From the NCBI GenBank assembly GCA_965242965.1, contig OZ251518.1:2112001-2176000 (forward strand): a stretch of 64,000 bases of DNA. The letters run 5' to 3'. Positions 61,653 to 64,000 of this stretch are shown in pieces. Every line of letters begins with the position of its first letter. The stretch's first letter is position 1. Source of the stretch: Candidatus Poribacteria bacterium (GTDB taxonomy: Bacteria > Poribacteria > WGA-4E > WGA-3G). Made by a program: the position numbers and the translations under genes. The notes beneath the pieces are model-generated. The model worked only from the letters and a program-made list of their open reading frames with translations, was not told where the DNA came from and did no database searches.

Positions 61653-62043
61653 GAGAGTGTTTCATAAATCGTCCAACGTCGCGGTGATAGGCCCCGCGAT
61701 GCGGTGAAAAAAACGCCTCACCTTCACGTAGGGCGAGGGCCCTCGGATGCCACACGCGCATGCGAGAGGGTTCCCCTCGCCATCATCCGCGCAATCTAAC
61801 GATCTCGGGGGACAGGCCCCCGCGCTACGGTGAAAAAACGCCACCCCTTCACGTAGGGCGAGGGCCTGTCCCTCGCCATCGTTTTGGTGTCAGAACGCAT
61901 CACCCCTGTAGTTCAGGATCGCCTGATCCTGACCCGTTCGGGAGCGGGCGCTCCCGAACTACAGAGGTGGGCCCGATGCCTGCCGGTATGCGCCTGCCCT
62001 CCAAGGCGGGATAAATACCGAAACGGATTTATGAAACACGCTC
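61653..62043 (+). mobile_element. Complete REP-carrying MITE (no clear TSD)
   Basis: GAGAGTGTTTCATAAATC ... GATTTATGAAACACGCTC; left sub-terminal sequence shared with the 45072 element. Confidence 0.82.
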
Positions 62044-62151
62044 ACTAAATTTTAACGCATTCTGTTTTGGAAGTCAAGAAAAATTGTTTGAAATAATTTC
62101 GCGCTTGAGGTATAGTGCAACGATACGATTACATTCGCGGAGGAAAACCTT

Positions 62152-63191
62152 GTGAAAGCGGCACAATTCTATGGCGGAAAAGACATCAGGGTAGAAACCG
62201 TCCCAGACCCGAGTCCTCAAGAAGGAGAGGTGCTCGTGCAAGTGGAAGCGGCGGGTATCTGTGGCAGTGACCTGCACGGATATCACCATTCGCCGGAAAA
62301 TCCCTTGGCCCCTCGCATCGGCGGGCACGAACTAATGGGCGAAATTCTCGATACCGGCAAAGGCACAAGCGACTCTCCCTCGCATATCAAACGAGGCAGT
62401 CGAGTTGCGATTGAACCGATTGTCCCGTGTAACTTCTGCCCGGAATGCCTCAACGGTTACTATAACATCTGCGCCAAACTGCGGCATGGCGGTGGCGGGT
62501 TTGCGGAATTCATGGTTGCCCCTGTCTCCAATGCGTATGCGTTGCCGGCTAGCGTTTCAGTTGAGGGCGGTGCGCTGGCAGAGGTTTACGCCGTCGCCGT
62601 TCACGCTGTCAACCGCGCGATGGTTTCACCGGGGAACGGGTTGCGATTATTGGCAGCGGTCCAGTCGGACTGACAATTGCGCAAGTGGCAGATGTTGCCG
62701 GTGCTACTTCTATCGCCATGTTAGGGAAGCCGGATGAGCCCCTCCAAATCGCCCACGAAGCGGTAGGTGCCGTGTCTATCAACGTCGATAAAACGGATGC
62801 CGTTGCGGCGATTCAGGAGTGGAGCGATGGCAGGGGTGCCGATGTCGTTTTTGAGGCAGTCGGCGGCACGGCAAATACGCTTGAACAGGCGACCGAGGTA
62901 GCCGCGAAACGGGGTAGAGTCTGTATGGTAGGAGGGCATCGCACACCGCTTACGTTTTCGGAACGGTTCGCGCGGAGCAGAGAGCTTACTGTCATCTGGT
63001 CCTTCTGTTATGGCAGGCGCGGCGGGAAGACAGAGTTCCAAATCGCCATCGATTTACTCGCCGCTGGGAAACTCGATCCGAGTCCGTTGGTAACGCATCG
63101 GTTTGCTCTTGATGATATTAGTGAAGCGTTCGCTGTTGCTGCTGGCCGAGATGCGCACGGTTCTGTCAAAGTGCTTGTTTTTCCTAACTAG
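62152..63191 (+). pseudogene. Zn-dependent alcohol/polyol dehydrogenase split by a 1-bp frameshift
   Basis: GICGSD, GHE, CxxCxxC in ORF1; RVAIIGSGPVG lies in the other frame after GGGG at 62631-62634. Confidence 0.8.
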
Positions 63192-63214
63192 ACAAGCACA
63201 CGCCACAGCCGCGG

Positions 63215-63460
63215 CGATCGCGGGGGACAGGCCCCCGCGCTACGGTAACCGAGAACGGTTCCTTTCACCGTAGGGCGAGGGCCTGTCCCTCGCCGTGCTA
63301 TCGGGCACACGTGCGCTCAGCACCTCTGTAGGGCAGGATCGCCTGATCCTGCCCGTTCGGGATCAGGCGATCCCGAACTACAGTCGCTCTTAGGTCCTAC
63401 GGACCTGAAGAGATGTTTTTCACGGGTGTGATCGCGGGGGACAGGCCCCCGCGCTACGGT
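63215..63460. repeat. REP cluster
   Basis: A/A', D doublet and TAGGTCCTACGGACCT units. Confidence 0.88.
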
Positions 63461-63485
63461 AACCGAGACAATGGAGTTCAAAAAC

Positions 63486-64000
63486 ATGGAATCACTTAAT
63501 CTACTCGTTTTTGTTGGAACGGAAGGCATCTACCACGAACATGCCGGCAACGGGCAATTCCTAACGAAGATGCTCAATGCCTCCGACGATATTACTGCCA
63601 CCTTTTCGCAAGACTACGATGTGCTTGCAGATGGACTCGGCGCGTATCACGTCGCGCTTTTCTACACCGATGTCGGGGAACTGACAGCGGCGCAAGAGAC
63701 AGGGTTGCTGCGCTTTATCAAATCAGGCGGCGGCTTTTTCGGATTACACACAGCGGCTGCATCCTTCCGAGAATCTGAGGGATACCACGGGATGCTCAAT
63801 GGGTTTTTCAACGGACATAGTCCTTACATGGACTTCACCGTCACCGTGAGCGACACGGCGCATCCGATTACAGAAGGGCTATCCGACTTTGATGTCACCG
63901 ATGAGCTCTACTATCTGAAGCATGATGCGAGTGCATCGCATCATCTTATGCATGCGTATGACGAGACGAAGGATGAAACGCATGTCATGGCGTTCCATCA
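63486..64000 (+). CDS. ThuA-like domain protein, partial
   Basis: Manual translation MESLNLLVFVGTEGIYHEH...GGGFFGLHTA...HPITEGL..FDVTDELY, open to the window end. Confidence 0.8.
   Translation, partial: MESLNLLVFVGTEGIYHEHAGNGQFLTKMLNASDDITATFSQDYDVLADGLGAYHVALFYTDVGELTAAQETGLLRFIKSGGGFFGLHTAAASFRESEGYHGMLNGFFNGHSPYMDFTVTVSDTAHPITEGLSDFDVTDELYYLKHDASASHHLMHAYDETKDETHVMAFH

Overview
Bacterial chromosome segment (GC roughly mid-50s%). The sulfatases, Sel1/TPR proteins, Uma2/Rpn nucleases and dense palindromic repeats suggest a Ca. Poribacteria-like sponge symbiont, but this is inference only. The housekeeping backbone is tRNA-Pro, hom, yceD-rpmF-fabH-fabD-fabG-acpP-fabF, folK, sucC-pgk-proS-sucD, panB, trpG/trpE/hisI, pgl, infC-rpmI-rplT, T-box-pheS-pheT and menG/ubiE. 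It is peppered with accessory and defence genes: DUF932-like, Sel1-protease, FRG+TPR, an R.PabI remnant, two tandem GmrSD-like DUF262 genes, a Type IIG/ISP-like RM enzyme, Uma2, Rpn with an internal start, a two-gene STAND ATPase/HEPN module, two tandem PD-(D/E)xK genes, an RDD-PspA fusion and orphan antitoxins. The dominant non-coding signal is about 25 clusters of GTAG-led REP-like hairpins in several covarying families. Some are packaged inside a MITE with GAGGGTGTTTCATAAATC ends (one copy has a perfect 10-bp target duplication at the rpmI stop), some are inserted in-frame into proteins, some supply stop codons, and many bracket single-gene accessory cassettes. No transposase/RAYT and no CRISPR array are visible in the window.
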